DNA from: Thecamonas trahens ATCC 50062
Taxonomy: Eukaryota; Protista; Apusomonadida
Direction of reading: 5' to 3'
DNA: 64,000 nt
NCBI RefSeq assembly: GCF_000142905.1
Contig: NW_013657676.1
Coordinates: forward strand, 434,001 to 498,000
Of the stretch, positions 33,380 through 45,351 are shown one piece after another. Position 1 is the stretch's first letter, and each line of letters begins with the position of its first letter. The position numbers were made by a program, and so were the translations under genes. The notes below the pieces were generated by a model, which saw nothing but the letters and a program-made list of their open reading frames with translations, was not told the origin of the DNA and did not search any database.

Positions 33380-36300
33380 ATGGCAGCAGCATGGGGATGG
33401 CTCGAACCGCTGTATCCGACGTGTGAGAACATCGAGCTGAACGAGGCGAGCTTGACCTTTGGCCGGGGGAAGAAGGCCGACATCCGGTTCAAGACCAACC
33501 GGGCGCTCTCATCGATGCACTGTGTGCTCGAGTACAAAGGGACAGTAGCTGAGGGCGGGCGGTATGTGCTGATGGCACATCATCGAACGGAACGTTTGTC
33601 AACGACATCCGGCTCGAGCGCGACAAGCATGTGCTCATCCAGGATGGCTTTGAGATTGTTCTGGTCAAGCCAGATGCCGACGCGCCTGACCCGTTTGCCC
33701 CTGACGCGGTCATTGTGCCGCTGGGGTGGACGTTTCGAGCGGCAGCCTCGCCGCCGATGGCGGCGGCGCTGCGGACCAAGCCTGCGGCAGGCACCCGGGC
33801 CGCGGCGCTCGCAGCGGAAGACGACCGCGAGTCCGAGTCGGACGGCGACGGAACGCTGACGCGCGAGTCGTCGGCCGACATGGTGGCCACCGGCGAGTAT
33901 GAGGACCTGAAAAAGAACATGATGCCAACGGTGGTGCGACGGCTGGCCGAGAACATCGTGGCACTGCCAAAGGCGGCAGCGGTGTCGGGCAAGGAGCTCG
34001 GGGCCGCACATCTGCGGGCGCGGTCGTCGCTCGTCGAAATCACCAAGCTCACGTCGCGGCTCCTGGCTGAGGCCGACGACGAGACCCGTGCCAAGTTTGG
34101 TCCGGCCTCTGAGAGCCTCCACGAGCGACTGGAACACTCGGTCGAGCTGACCGGGCGCATTGCCGAGACCGGCGATGGCCCGATCTTCTCCGAGCTCCGC
34201 GAGCAGATTGCGCACTCGGTCAAGGCCGTCTCGGCCTGCATCGCGCCGTACATCAAGACGGTGAAAGACGGCGGTCAGCGACCGGTGACGATCAAGGTCA
34301 GCGCAGAGACAGGCGCAAGCGTGAGTGTGGCTGCGGGCGCTGGCACTGGCACAGGCAAGCCGTCACCGGTCTCGTCGCCGCGGCTGCGACGCATCTCGGT
34401 CTCGTCGGCCGACGACTCGGAGGCTGACGACGACTACGACGAAGAATACGACGAGGATGAGGAGTTTGGCTCGCCCGAGTCGTGGCTGGAACGCATGCGC
34501 GGTGCGCCCGAGTCGGCGCTCATCTACGAGCTGCAGCGTGTGCTTGACGAGTGCGACGACCTGTGGCGGGCCTCGTTCCTTGCGCTCGACGGTTTTGAGG
34601 TCCTGTGGGATGTCATGGCGCTCGTGGAGCAGCCGTCGCACGCCGGCGAGCCTGAGCTTGTTGACGCGGTCATGTCTGCCGTCGCCGCGCTGGTCGACTC
34701 GGTTGACGGCCTTCAAGCAACCGCGTCGTCGTTGGCACATGTAGCGCGGATTGCGCGCGGGCTCACCAACGAGTCGGCCGAGTCACAGCGCATTGCTGCC
34801 GAGCTCCTCGCTTGCATCTGCATTCACTCGGACAACGGGTACGCCAACGTTATGACGGCGCTGGCAGAGATGGGCAAGCCGCCGGGTTTGTCTGTCGCCG
34901 AGCTTTCCACAGCGCACGTCTTTCTCCCGGTCATCCAGCAGATCGAGAACTCGAACGATCTAGTTTTTCTCACCTCTGCGCTTGCGCTTGTCAACGTCCT
35001 CATCGGCGTGCCTGACGATCTCGACGCGCGTGACGCGTGCCGCAACCACGTCATTGAGCTTGGACTGCCGGACCGGCTCCGCTTCCTCCGCAACGCATAC
35101 AACGACTCGGAGCTGCTGGCGCAGATTGAGGCGTTCTTTGAGCTGGGCGGACACGACCGCGAAGAAGCAATGTACGGCGACGTGAACCTCAACGATCCCA
35201 GACAGGTTGTCGACCTGCTCAAGGTCAACCTCCGACCGACGCCGTGCTACGAACCATTCCGCAACATTGTGCAGATGTTCCTCACCATGCCACACGAGGG
35301 CGAGTTTGCCGGCAACGTCTGGCGCGCGTTGGAACAGGTTGTCCGCGAGGCCGCGTGTGTGGTTTCGCCCGAAGAGGCCAAAGCGTTTACCAAGTCGCAG
35401 TCGATCTCACATGTCATGGCGGTCAAGATGCAGCTGGAGCGACTCGCTGCGCGCGACAATCTCCACGGCATTATTGCGGCGCTCGAGGCGTCTAACACCA
35501 AGCTCAAGGAGCGTCTTGACGTGCTGCAGGGCTCCAACGCCGAGGTCTCGCAGTCGTTGCAGCGGCTGGAGGCAAACGTGGCCGCCCAGATCAGCGCCCG
35601 CCGAATGTCTGCAGCCTCGTTCAACGCTATGTATGCGCAGCAGACTGCCGCGTTGGCCAAGCGAACCGCCGCCGAGCGCGAAGCGTCCGCCGCAGCCACC
35701 ACCAAGCTCCGCGCCCAGGTCTCGGTCCTCAACAAGGCTGTGGCACGGCTCGAGAAGGATGTGAGCCTGGCGACTCGCGAGCGCGATGCCCTTGCCCGCG
35801 AGAAGGTTGAGCTCCTTGCTCGCATCGCCGAGGCCGGGCCGTCGTCGTCAAGTCCGGCTGGCTCGGCCAAGCCGTCTGCGCCGGCCGGGCCTACCGTTGC
35901 GGTGGCGCCGCCAGCAGCCACCCCGCCGCCACCGCCGCCGCCACCGGGTGGTGCTCCGCCACCGCCGCCGCCACCACCACCGGGTGGTGCTCCTCCTCCC
36001 CCGCCGCCACCGCCGCCAGGGGGTGCTCCGCCGCCTCCTCCTCCTCCTCCCGGTGGTGGCCCACCGCCACCGCCGCCGCCACCGGGTGGCGGGCCACCAC
36101 CGCCGCCGCCGCCACCGGGTGGTGGCGGTGGCGGCCCGCCGCCGCCGCCGCCGCCGGGCGGACTTGGGCGCGGACCAGGAGCAGCGCCCGCGGGGCCCAA
36201 GGCGTCAGTGCCGATGAAGAAGCTGCACTGGAAGCCGATTCAGAAGCGCAAGCTGCCAAAGACCATCTGGGAAGAGCTGGTCAAGTGGACCGGAGGCGAG

Positions 36301-37683
36301 GCCAAGATCGCGAGTGGCAAGCTCGAGCGCAACAAGTTCTCGCCGTCCGAGGTAGAGGGCATGTTTGCGGCCAAGGCTGCGCGGTCGGCGGTGGCGTCGG
36401 GCGCGTCATCGTCGAAGCCCAAGCGAGTCTCTGTCCTCCCGCCCAAGCGCAACAACAACGTGTCGATCATGCTCTCGCAGTTCAAGCTGCCTGTTCCGGC
36501 CATTGTGGAAGCGATTCTCAAGATCGACCTCGAAGTGCTGACCCTCGACCGCGTGGCCGGCCTCGTCAAGTACTGCATCATGGAAGAGGAGGTCGAGTCG
36601 CTGTCGATGGTGCCAGCGGAGATGGTGCCGAAACTTTCCAATGCAGAGCAGTTTTTCTACGCCCTCAAGGACATTCCGCACATCCGCGAGCGCTTTGACG
36701 CCATTTCTGCCCGGCTCAACTTTGACATGCAGATGGAGGAGCTTGTGGCTGGCGTGCAGGCGGTGCGGACCGCCATTGTGGACGTCCAACTCTCCAGCGG
36801 CTTTAAGCGGCTCCTTGCGCTCATCCTCGACCTCGGCAACTTTATGAACGGGGTCAAGGGCTTCAAGGGCCCTACAGTTGGATTCAACGTCGACTACCTG
36901 CTGCGGCTCATCGACACCAAGTCGACTGACGGAAAGACGACGCTGTTGCACTACATTGCGCAGCAAGCCGAGGACGACATGCCGGAGCTACATGCGTTTG
37001 CGGACGAGATTGCGTCGGCAAAGGCGGCGATGCGCCACCCGCTCGACATCATCCAGTCGCAACAGCGCGAGCTCGACAAGTCGATAACCTCGGTTGGCAA
37101 GCTCCTCGCCAAGTCACAGGATGACATCGCGTTGCAGGAGGCGCTGTGCTCGTTCCACGAGGAGGCGCTCGACAAGTTTACCACCATCTCGCAGACGGTC
37201 AAGGGCATGTTGCTCGCGTACGATGCTCTGGTGGAGTATCTCGGCTTGCCGGCCAACAAGACCAAGTCGGAGGAGCTCTTTGGCATGTTCTCCGAGTTTG
37301 TAGTCCAGTACCAGAAGGCCATCCGCGACAACGCGCGAGCCAAGGCTGTGGCCGAGGCCAAGCGCAAGAAAGCGGAAGCCAAGGCGGCACACTCGGCATC
37401 GGTGGCGGCCCGCAAGGCCAAGAAGGCCAAGGCCAAGGCCGAGGCGGCACTCAACGGTGGCGATGCCAAGGCTACCCGCAAGAGCTCGCGGGCATCGGCG
37501 AAGGCCTCGTCCAAGTCGGTCAAATCCAAGAAGGCCAAGGCCAAGGAGGCGCGGAAGAAGAAGTCGCGCCCGATGTCGCAGATCTATTCCACCATCAAGA
37601 AGGGCGACTTCTACAAGGAGCGCGCCACCATGCGCAAGCAAGCCACACTCCGCAAGGTTGCCACTGCCATCTCTCGCAAGTAA
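33380..37683 (+). CDS. Diaphanous-type formin with N-terminal FHA domain (FHA, helical bundle, GBD/FH3, coiled coil, FH1, FH2, basic tail); 1-nt frameshift near 33575
   Basis: FHA motifs FGR..., SSMHC and SSNGTFVN are split across two frames. Polyproline FH1; FH2 motifs MKKLHWKPI, NVSIML, LGNFMNG and LIDTKSTDGKTTLLHY. Confidence 0.92.
35921..36155 (+). repeat. (CCR)n/GGN polyproline repeats of formin FH1
   Basis: Seven PPPPPPP(P)GG units. Confidence 0.9.
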
Positions 37684-37698
37684 AGGCTTGAAAAAAGC

Positions 37699-38247
37699 TC
37701 AGCGAGCGGCCGCTGGCGGTGCGGCCGGCTGGCGCGGCGACAGAGGGCGCGGCGGAGCCGGTCGCGGCGGCGATGGGCGCGGCGGTGAGAGTGATGTGTC
37801 AAGGAAGCCGATGCAGAGCGAGCGCTTGATCATAGTGGCGCCTGGCGAGTGACCTAGCGCTGCAAACGAGGACTCGGCATCCACAATGTCGGCCACGTCG
37901 CGGACGGCGTAGGCGGCGAGGATGCTCGGCCCGCCCGGATGGCGGGCGAGAAAGTCGGTGACGTCGACTACCATGCCGTCAAAGACCAGCCAGAGGTCGT
38001 CAGCTGTGGCGTGCTCCAACAACTCCTCGGGCGCGACCGGCCTTGTCTCACACTTGCCCGGCGGCGGTGGCGGCGGCGTGCTGTCGACCCAGTCGGCGTC
38101 ATAGGCGCCACTGTCGTCGTCGTCGTAGCTCACAGCGGCGCGCGGCGGCGCGGGGCCAGCAGCAAGCGGGAGGGCTGGCAAGACGTAGAGGTAGCCGACG
38201 GCGACAACGACCGCCACCACAGCAATCCAGTCGATGCCGAGGCGCAT
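37699..38247 (-). CDS. Cytochrome b5-like heme-binding protein with N-terminal TM
   Basis: DLWLVFDGMVVDVTDFLARHPGG...GHS heme ligands. Confidence 0.88.
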   Translation of the reverse strand: MRLGIDWIAVVAVVVAVGYLYVLPALPLAAGPAPPRAAVSYDDDDSGAYDADWVDSTPPPPPPGKCETRPVAPEELLEHATADDLWLVFDGMVVDVTDFLARHPGGPSILAAYAVRDVADIVDAESSFAALGHSPGATMIKRSLCIGFLDTSLSPPRPSPPRPAPPRPLSPRQPAAPPAAAR

Positions 38248-38413
38248 GGCGGCGGGCACAGTCAAGGTGTTGCGCGAGAGTGGGGTGCCGGTGGCGGTGG
38301 CGGTGCCAGGTGCCGGTCCTGACAGACAGCACTCGGCCGGGTTGCTCCGATTGGCATTGGCCTGGCACCCGCACCGGCAGCCCGACTACGACCACTTGTC
38401 GTGGAGTGACCGC

Positions 38414-39317
38414 ATGGCGGCATCCAAGAAGCAAAGCAATGCGGCTGACTTTGGGCTGAAGATCGTCATTGTGGGAGATACCGGCGTGGGCAAGACGAGC
38501 CTGCTCAACAGACAGACAGAGTCGGCGCGTATGTGAGAGGCGGGGCGAGGGGGAGAGGGGGAGAGGGGGGGGGGCGGGTTGACGACGAGCAACGGTGTGA
38601 AGAGCGCTGGAATAGCAGCGGGAGGAAGGGCGCGAATGCAAACTCATTGCTTGCACACAAACCATGCCGGATGCGGACGTACACGCGGGTGGGGGCGCGG
38701 ATGGTGGGGGGGTGATGGGGGTGGATGGCGACGCTGCGGGGGTGGCGGGCGGGCGGAGGGCAGGTGAGCCGTTCAAGACACCATCGTCAGCGTCGATCGG
38801 AGTATCATTCAAGGTCCGGTCGTACGACATCGATGGCTCGGTGTACCGGGTGCAGTACTGGGATGCACCGGGCGCGGAACGGTATCTGCGGCTAACGTCG
38901 CGGCTGTGCGCGGGTGCGTCGGGTGCTGTGGTTGTCTTTGACGTCAACTCCAAGTCGTCGTTTGAGCATCTGGAGGATTGGATTAACGAGCTGGACGCGT
39001 TCACGGCGTTGCCCAAGGTTCTGGTGGGCAACAAGGTCGACGTGCGGCCCGAGCTGCGGCAGGTGACAGCGTCGCAGGCCGAAATGTTTGCGCAAAAGTT
39101 CTCGATGCAGTACTTTGAGACGTCTGCCGTCAACGACGTCGAGGTCCACGAGGCCTTTTCGGAGCTCTTTGCCTTGATTGTGGAGGGCATTCCAGACCCG
39201 CCCGAGCCGTCGCTCCTGCTTCAGCGCGGCATCACTCTGACGTCCAAGCTTGCGCGTGACGCCGGTCTCCGGCAAGCCCTGTTCCTGGCCAAGAACGCAA
39301 CCGGCGGTGGCTCCTAG
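38414..39317 (+). CDS. Atypical Rab-like small GTPase; exons 38414-38528 and 38764-39317
   Basis: GDTGVGKT, SIGVSF, WDAPGAE, GNKVD and ETSA; phase-1 intron GTATGT..CAG; no C-terminal Cys. Confidence 0.88.
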
Positions 39318-42300
39318 GGCCCGCGGATAATGGACTGGACCAAGCACTCGAGCATGTGCTCGCCGGTCGGCCCGGCTCGGAGCAGGTACGACTCTGCGAG
39401 CTCCATAGCGCCGATGTGATATAGAAACATACCGTACTCGAGGTAAATCGCCTCCAGCAGCGGCCGCAGCGGGAGGAGTGACCGCCCTGCAGAGCCACGT
39501 GGGTGAGTTGCGGCCGGATCGCCGTCTGCGACGAGGAGGCCCTCGGCGACGCACGTCCGCGCCAACAGCGCTGCCCGCGAGTACGCCTTGCGGTTGTAGA
39601 GGAGTTGCAGCGCCGAGTGCCAGTCCATAAGCGAGATAAGAACACCGATCGCGGCGTCAACGTCGCCGGCGTCGGCAAGGTGCTCGGCCCAGGCTGAGAA
39701 GACGACCGCGGCAGCCGCTTCGTCAAGCCCGATCTTTGCTAGCCAGGCCGCCTCGCGCCACAGCCCATAAGACTGCATGTACCGGCAGGCATCGGCCCGC
39801 TTGCCGATGAGGCAAAGCAGCTGAACGCCTTCAGTCACATGGCCATTTGAGACAAGGTCGGTCGCCACCAGCTTGACCGTTGACACAAACGAGTGCGGTG
39901 ACATGACAGCCGAGACCAGGCAGGCCTTGAGCGAGTCCACCATGTAGGCCGGGTGGTCGACCGGCGTCTCAAGGAGCATCCGCACTGCTGCCGGATACTC
40001 GCCGAGCTGGATGTGTGCATGGACCTTAGTGAGGGTAAACTCGTGGTCGCCGCGCTTGTGGGTGTGCATGGCGAGAAGGCGTGAGTCGCGGTCGACAACA
40101 GCCTCGCGCTCCTGCAGCAAGTCGTGGTGAGCCGAGAGCGGAAGCAACTCGCTGGCCTTGCTGGCGGAGGAGGGGGCGCTTGCAGAGTCAGTGGCAGCCA
40201 GTGATCCGCCGTGCCGGCTATCTTCGAGCGGCAGGCTGGGAGGCGGGCTCGCGCTCGAGGTGATGAGATCATATGCTGCAGGAGCTTCTTGCGAGCGCGG
40301 CGCGTGCTCCGCACCACTTTGCGCTTGCTTGGCCTTTTGCACATAGTGCTCGACAACGGTCCAGAACTCGACGCCGTCCTGATCACCAAAGAATGAGGCG
40401 GCAGCGAGAGCGCGCTGCGCAGGGCCGGAAGCGGCGAGCAGCTCGGCGCGGAGCCGCGCCGGAAGGTTAGCCTCGGAGGCACGGAGGCTGTCGCGGGCAG
40501 AGCGGATGCGGTCAGAGTTGCACTCGACAAGCGAGATGTGCGGCGGCGCGACGAGCTCCGGCGGCTGTAGCCCGTGCTGAAGGCGGGCCTTGAGCGAGAG
40601 TGCAACGTGATGTGGGAGGGTGAGGGGCGAGATGAGCGAGAGCGTGGTCGCTGTTGTAGCGCGCTGGGACATGTGCGCCGAAGCACGCGAGAGCGTCGGA
40701 TCCAGGACTCGGAGCATGCCGTCGAGGCTGAGCACAACCGGGTTTTCGCCTGCCCAGCTCAGCGCGGAGGCTAGAAGCCGCAAGCCCGACGTCCGCGACG
40801 AGTGGTTGAGGGCAACGCGGGCCAGCGCGTCCCACACGCCAAAGCCACCGCCGTCAAAGCCAACCAGCAGCCTGGCCCAGTTGGGCGAGGCAGGGTGCGC
40901 AAAGGCGAGCGAGGTGACCGGGCCATGCAGCGATGCAGACTCGTGAAGCATGTTGTGGGCAAGGTCGAGGACGTGGACCGAACCGTGCAGAGTGCCAGCG
41001 ACAATGAGGGTGGATGACCACGCCAGAGCGGTCACCGGCTCGGTAACATCAAGCGCGATCGATGCGCCGGGATGCACTGCACCAGCTACAACAGTGTAAC
41101 GAAGGAGGATATGGGCATCGGTGGCAAAAACAAGCTGCTCGACCAAGGCATTACTGGCAGCCTGGGCAAGAAGCGTCGACTCGGCAGCCGAGAGCGTGGT
41201 GAGCGAGACGTCGTAGTTGGGCGGCGACCAGGCAAGAGCGCGGATGGGGCCGTGGCCCGAGACCGCCCGCAGCAGGCTGTCGCTCTTCATGTCCCATATC
41301 TCTAGTGTCTCGTGGAGCGGACGGGCAAAAGCAAGAGCAATAAGCTTACCCGAGGCTGCCACAGCCAGAGAAGTGATCGGCGCCGCATCGCCGGTCACAG
41401 TCGTCCGCAGCGGCAAGGCGCGGCCAGAGGCGATGTTGAGCGCAACAAGGGCGTTGGCAAACTCAGCCGAGCCTGACGACGAGACAAGCTTGGTCGGGTC
41501 AGCCCACGACGGGGTGCCGTCGCGGGTGTACGCCACAAGGCACGATGACGAAGCCCAAGCAAGGCCCATGACCGCTGTGTCAAAGACGGCCCACGTCCGT
41601 TCCACCTCCCCCGAACCAAGATGAACGAGCTGAACAAGACCATCGCCCGAGCCGACCGCGGCAGTGAGGCCGTCGGGCGCGACGGCAAGGACCGAGAGCT
41701 TGCGGGTCAGCCCTTCGTGCGTGCCGGTGAGGGCAAGGCGGGGCGAGGCGTTGTGTGGTGAGATAAGATCGAGGATGGCGACGGCGCCAAGTGAGGTGAC
41801 CAGTGCCATGCGCTGCGGCGAGAGCGGTGCCATGGCAGCGCCGTAGACATGGCCAAGCGGACCGCCAGAGACGGACGACTTGCGCAGCGCCGACGAGGCC
41901 CAGACAACCGAGTATTCAAACGCGTTTGGAGGAGTGGAGCGGCAGACAACAAGGCCGTCGGCATGAAGCGCGTAGAGGAGCGACGGATCGTTGCGAAGGA
42001 CATAGATGCGGGTGAGCGGAGCGTAGCGCTTGCGGTCAAGTTGGATCGCGCAGAGCGCTTGCTCAAGAACGAGGTCAAAGAGGAGGATCTCCCACTGGAG
42101 CACAAAGTAGACGATCGACGGAGTGGAGAGTGAGTACACGACGTCGACAAGCTTGCCGCCCCCTTGCGGCTCTACGCGGGTGGCTGCCGCTGCGGCGCTC
42201 GCTGATGCCACGGTCCGCGGACTCAGCGACCGCGACCGGCGGTTCATGGCCAGCTGCGCCGGCATGGCCAAGTGAGGATCTTTGCGGCTGGCAACGCCGC

Positions 42301-43063
42301 CGGCCAGCGGTGGAGACGACGAGAGCGGGCTCGACGACGGCGGTGAGCCTGACGAGCCGAGCCTGTTGATGAACGACGAGAACTTGGCGATGCGCGAGGA
42401 GCCCGAGGCCGGCTGCGGGACGGCGCCGGGCTCGACATCGGACATACTGCGGTCGAGCGGGTCGGCCGGGGCAGGCGCCGCGTCAGAAATGCGGTACTTT
42501 CGGACGACCGAGGCCGGCGGAAGCTCGAGCGTCCAGTCGGTGACGCAATAGACCCAGCCCGAGGCGGCGGTGAGGAGAAGGACCGTGTCGTGGAATGGGT
42601 CGAGACCAGCGGCGTTCATGGGCTCGGGAAGGCCGTAGGCCCAAACCCTGGTGCCAGCCTCGGTGTTGTACAGCACAAGCCGGCCCGAGGTTTCGATGGC
42701 GAGCAGGTGGCCGGCCGGGAGCCAGAGGAGGTCGACAAGAGGGCGGGCCGGCGGGCAGCGGACCATGGGCAGGCCGTCGGCCACGTTCCACACGGTGATA
42801 GCGCCAAGAGCGTCGACGGCGGCGAGCTTGAGATAGTACGGCTGGTCGAACGAGTCTGACAGCGGCTCACTCGACCAGCGGAGAAGCGAGACGGGCTCGT
42901 CCGAGACTGCGTCCAGCGACTGGACCACCTCGAGCGAGTCGGGGTGGACGACGACGACGGCCGAGTGGCACCCGTATGCAAGCAGGCCCTGCCAGGACAT
43001 GTCCACGGCCCCGGCGTTGCCCTTGGCTAGCGGACCGGGCACACACTTGGGGGCGACCTGCAT
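39314..43063 (-). CDS. WDR11: WD repeat protein 11
   Basis: N-terminal GAVDMSWQGLLAYGCHS and C-terminal DSLKACLV...TVKLVAT.L..NG...EGVQLLCLIGK.ADACRY.Q.YG.W..AAWLAK. Confidence 0.92.
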   Translation of the reverse strand: MQVAPKCVPGPLAKGNAGAVDMSWQGLLAYGCHSAVVVVHPDSLEVVQSLDAVSDEPVSLLRWSSEPLSDSFDQPYYLKLAAVDALGAITVWNVADGLPMVRCPPARPLVDLLWLPAGHLLAIETSGRLVLYNTEAGTRVWAYGLPEPMNAAGLDPFHDTVLLLTAASGWVYCVTDWTLELPPASVVRKYRISDAAPAPADPLDRSMSDVEPGAVPQPASGSSRIAKFSSFINRLGSSGSPPSSSPLSSSPPLAGGVASRKDPHLAMPAQLAMNRRSRSLSPRTVASASAAAAATRVEPQGGGKLVDVVYSLSTPSIVYFVLQWEILLFDLVLEQALCAIQLDRKRYAPLTRIYVLRNDPSLLYALHADGLVVCRSTPPNAFEYSVVWASSALRKSSVSGGPLGHVYGAAMAPLSPQRMALVTSLGAVAILDLISPHNASPRLALTGTHEGLTRKLSVLAVAPDGLTAAVGSGDGLVQLVHLGSGEVERTWAVFDTAVMGLAWASSSCLVAYTRDGTPSWADPTKLVSSSGSAEFANALVALNIASGRALPLRTTVTGDAAPITSLAVAASGKLIALAFARPLHETLEIWDMKSDSLLRAVSGHGPIRALAWSPPNYDVSLTTLSAAESTLLAQAASNALVEQLVFATDAHILLRYTVVAGAVHPGASIALDVTEPVTALAWSSTLIVAGTLHGSVHVLDLAHNMLHESASLHGPVTSLAFAHPASPNWARLLVGFDGGGFGVWDALARVALNHSSRTSGLRLLASALSWAGENPVVLSLDGMLRVLDPTLSRASAHMSQRATTATTLSLISPLTLPHHVALSLKARLQHGLQPPELVAPPHISLVECNSDRIRSARDSLRASEANLPARLRAELLAASGPAQRALAAASFFGDQDGVEFWTVVEHYVQKAKQAQSGAEHAPRSQEAPAAYDLITSSASPPPSLPLEDSRHGGSLAATDSASAPSSASKASELLPLSAHHDLLQEREAVVDRDSRLLAMHTHKRGDHEFTLTKVHAHIQLGEYPAAVRMLLETPVDHPAYMVDSLKACLVSAVMSPHSFVSTVKLVATDLVSNGHVTEGVQLLCLIGKRADACRYMQSYGLWREAAWLAKIGLDEAAAAVVFSAWAEHLADAGDVDAAIGVLISLMDWHSALQLLYNRKAYSRAALLARTCVAEGLLVADGDPAATHPRGSAGRSLLPLRPLLEAIYLEYGMFLYHIGAMELAESYLLRAGPTGEHMLECLVQSIIRGP

Positions 43064-43159
43064 GTGGGGGGCTCTCAGAAAGGTGGGGTGGGCAGAGTGC
43101 CACAACCGGTGGCGGGGTGCCACGACCGCCACACGGCTACAGCAGCACATGCACTTGTT

Positions 43160-45138
43160 TCATTCGTCAGCGTCGACGAGCGCGTCGAGGCGGGCGCAGG
43201 CGGCATCGATTGCCGAGACGAGGTCAGGAGCGAGGTGGAAGGTGCGCGAGGACAGCGCTTTGCTCAGTTTGTCAAACGCCGCGTTGAGGGCTTGGCACGG
43301 CTTGGCAGCCGAGCCCCAGGCGCGGGCGGGAGGAGCGGGCGCAGATGGTGGTGGCCTGGCGGCAGCGATGGCGGCAGCGGTGGTGACGGACCTGTCGACA
43401 GCGGTGGCCACGCTTGGGACCGCTCGGAGAAGCTTGTCCAGTGTCGACGGCGCGCGGCGCGAAGCTCTTCCAGCACAGATGGCAGTGCAGAGCTGAGTGG
43501 CAGTCGCGGCCAGCTCAGCAAGGAGGTCTGCGGCCGAGGCCAGGGCCTGGAGCAGGGCGTGGACCACGCGCCGGTAGCTGCGCGCGGCAAGAGCGTGACA
43601 GCCGGCAGGCGCAGAGTGCAGAGAAGGAACAAGTGCGAGGGTAGGACTTAGGTCGAGCGACACATCCTCAGACACAAGTTCGGCGGCCTGGGCCTCCGAA
43701 AGGGTGGCGGCGAGCGAGGTCAAGGCTCCATGCAAGACATGGGAGGTGTTCACGACGGCTGCGACGAGCCGCGGTCCACCAAAGAACCGCGGCACATAGC
43801 CGGGCATGCAAGAAGGGAAAGTCGAAGCCGGAAGGGAGACTGGAGCCGCAAGGGCAAAGAGTGCATGCCACATGAGACGGAGCAGCATGGCAGCTTGCGG
43901 CTTTGCAGCATCAAGGGTTGCCGGGAGAAGCTCGCCGTGGGAGAGGACCGAGCGGAGGCGCGGGCCGGCGCGGACAACAAGGATGTCGTGCAGCGCGTCC
44001 AAGACCGGTGGTGGAATGAGCGACTCGCTCACCAGCGGGTTGGCCATGTGATCGGACGAGAGAATGCGATTCTGGCGGCGCGAGAGAGTGAGCTCGACGC
44101 GCGAGCCGGGAACGGGCACAACCGGATCCAAGAAGTAGTCGAGGGTGGTGTAGTAGTCATCGGTGGCGGCAAAGCAAGCGACAGAGCCGCCTTGAGCGAT
44201 GCGGCGCAGTATACGGTTGTAGCGAGCGCAAAGGCCAGGCGGAGCGCATGCTCGAGCGCGGGGAGGAGGATGGCAAGCGCCGCCGACGGCGCGGTGCTTC
44301 CCAGTGACCAGGCGAGATCAAGGAGCGCCCGGCGCGGCGGATGGCTGAGCATGGCGTGGAGCGAGAGGAGCGGATGTGGAAGCCCATCGACAGGGGGAGG
44401 CGTCGCCGAGAGGTGGCTCGAGAGCAGCCCAGCAAAGTCAAGCGGCAGCTCGCTGTCGTCGACCACCACCGATTCCAAAGGAGGTGGAAGGGGCTGTGAA
44501 ACGAGGGCATCGAGCACGCCAGGCGTGGCTGAAGCTATGGCCAACGCCTCTGCGAGCGCGGCAAGCAAGAGCGCAAGCAGTGGCAGCGAGAGTTCGGGCT
44601 CGGGGCAAAAGCCGTGCCAGACCAAGTTGCGGACATTGACACCGCGGTTGGAGGCAAGCAGGCTCTTCAGCCACCGCGATCGGGCTGGCTCGGCATCCGC
44701 AAGCTCAGGGACCAGCAGCAGGTCCTTGAGCATGTTGGGTGGACTCACTACGCCGCGATGGGTAGCAAGTGCGGCGAGCGTGGCCTCGAGGCAGGGAAAG
44801 ACGAGCGCGGCCGCCAGGTGGATGTGAGGCGCAGAGCCATCCGCAGCAGCGGCAGCGGCCGGCCTCATGGCCGGGCAGAGGAGATCGATGTGGGCGGCGA
44901 CGGCATGCGGAAGGCCCACATGGGCAAGGAAGTCGGCGGCCGGTCGTGCGGCGAGCGCCAGAACCAAGTACGGCGGCAAGTCTGGAGATGCAGCAGCGAG
45001 TGCGTCGAGCGCAGTCCAGACAACCGCACCGGTGTCGTCAATGACATCGTCGAGGTGCGGCGGTGAGTGTGGCGGCAGCGAGGCAAAGGCCTCGATGCGG
45101 GCAGCGACGTCAGGGCGGAGAAAGATGCTGTCGGTCAT
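43160..45138 (-). CDS. ERMARD: ERMARD/C6orf70-like protein (DUF4209); 1-nt frameshift near 44222
   Basis: MLKDLL..PEL, GVNVRNLVWHGF and LLPALEHALRLAF in frame 1; YYTTLD and GPRLRSVLSHGE in frame 2. Confidence 0.82.
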
Positions 45139-45351
45139 GCGAGGGTAGCCGTAGCCCGGGAAAGAGGGGGGGCGGAGGGGGGAAGGGGGGTAAGAGCCGA
45201 GTGGAACGCGGGTTCGGGAAATGCCTCGAGTTGGTGAGGCGACTGAGGCAAGTGCCAGCTCATTGGCTGCCTCGGAAAGGGAGGGGAAGAGAAAGGTATC
45301 ACTTGTCTGAAGACAGAGAGACAGGGAGAAAGAAGGCACACACAAGTAGAA

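Noticed and set aside
33562-33567. GTATGT as an intron donor in the formin FHA
   Set aside because: No AG acceptor before the conserved SSNGT, and the YVLM strand is needed for the FHA fold.
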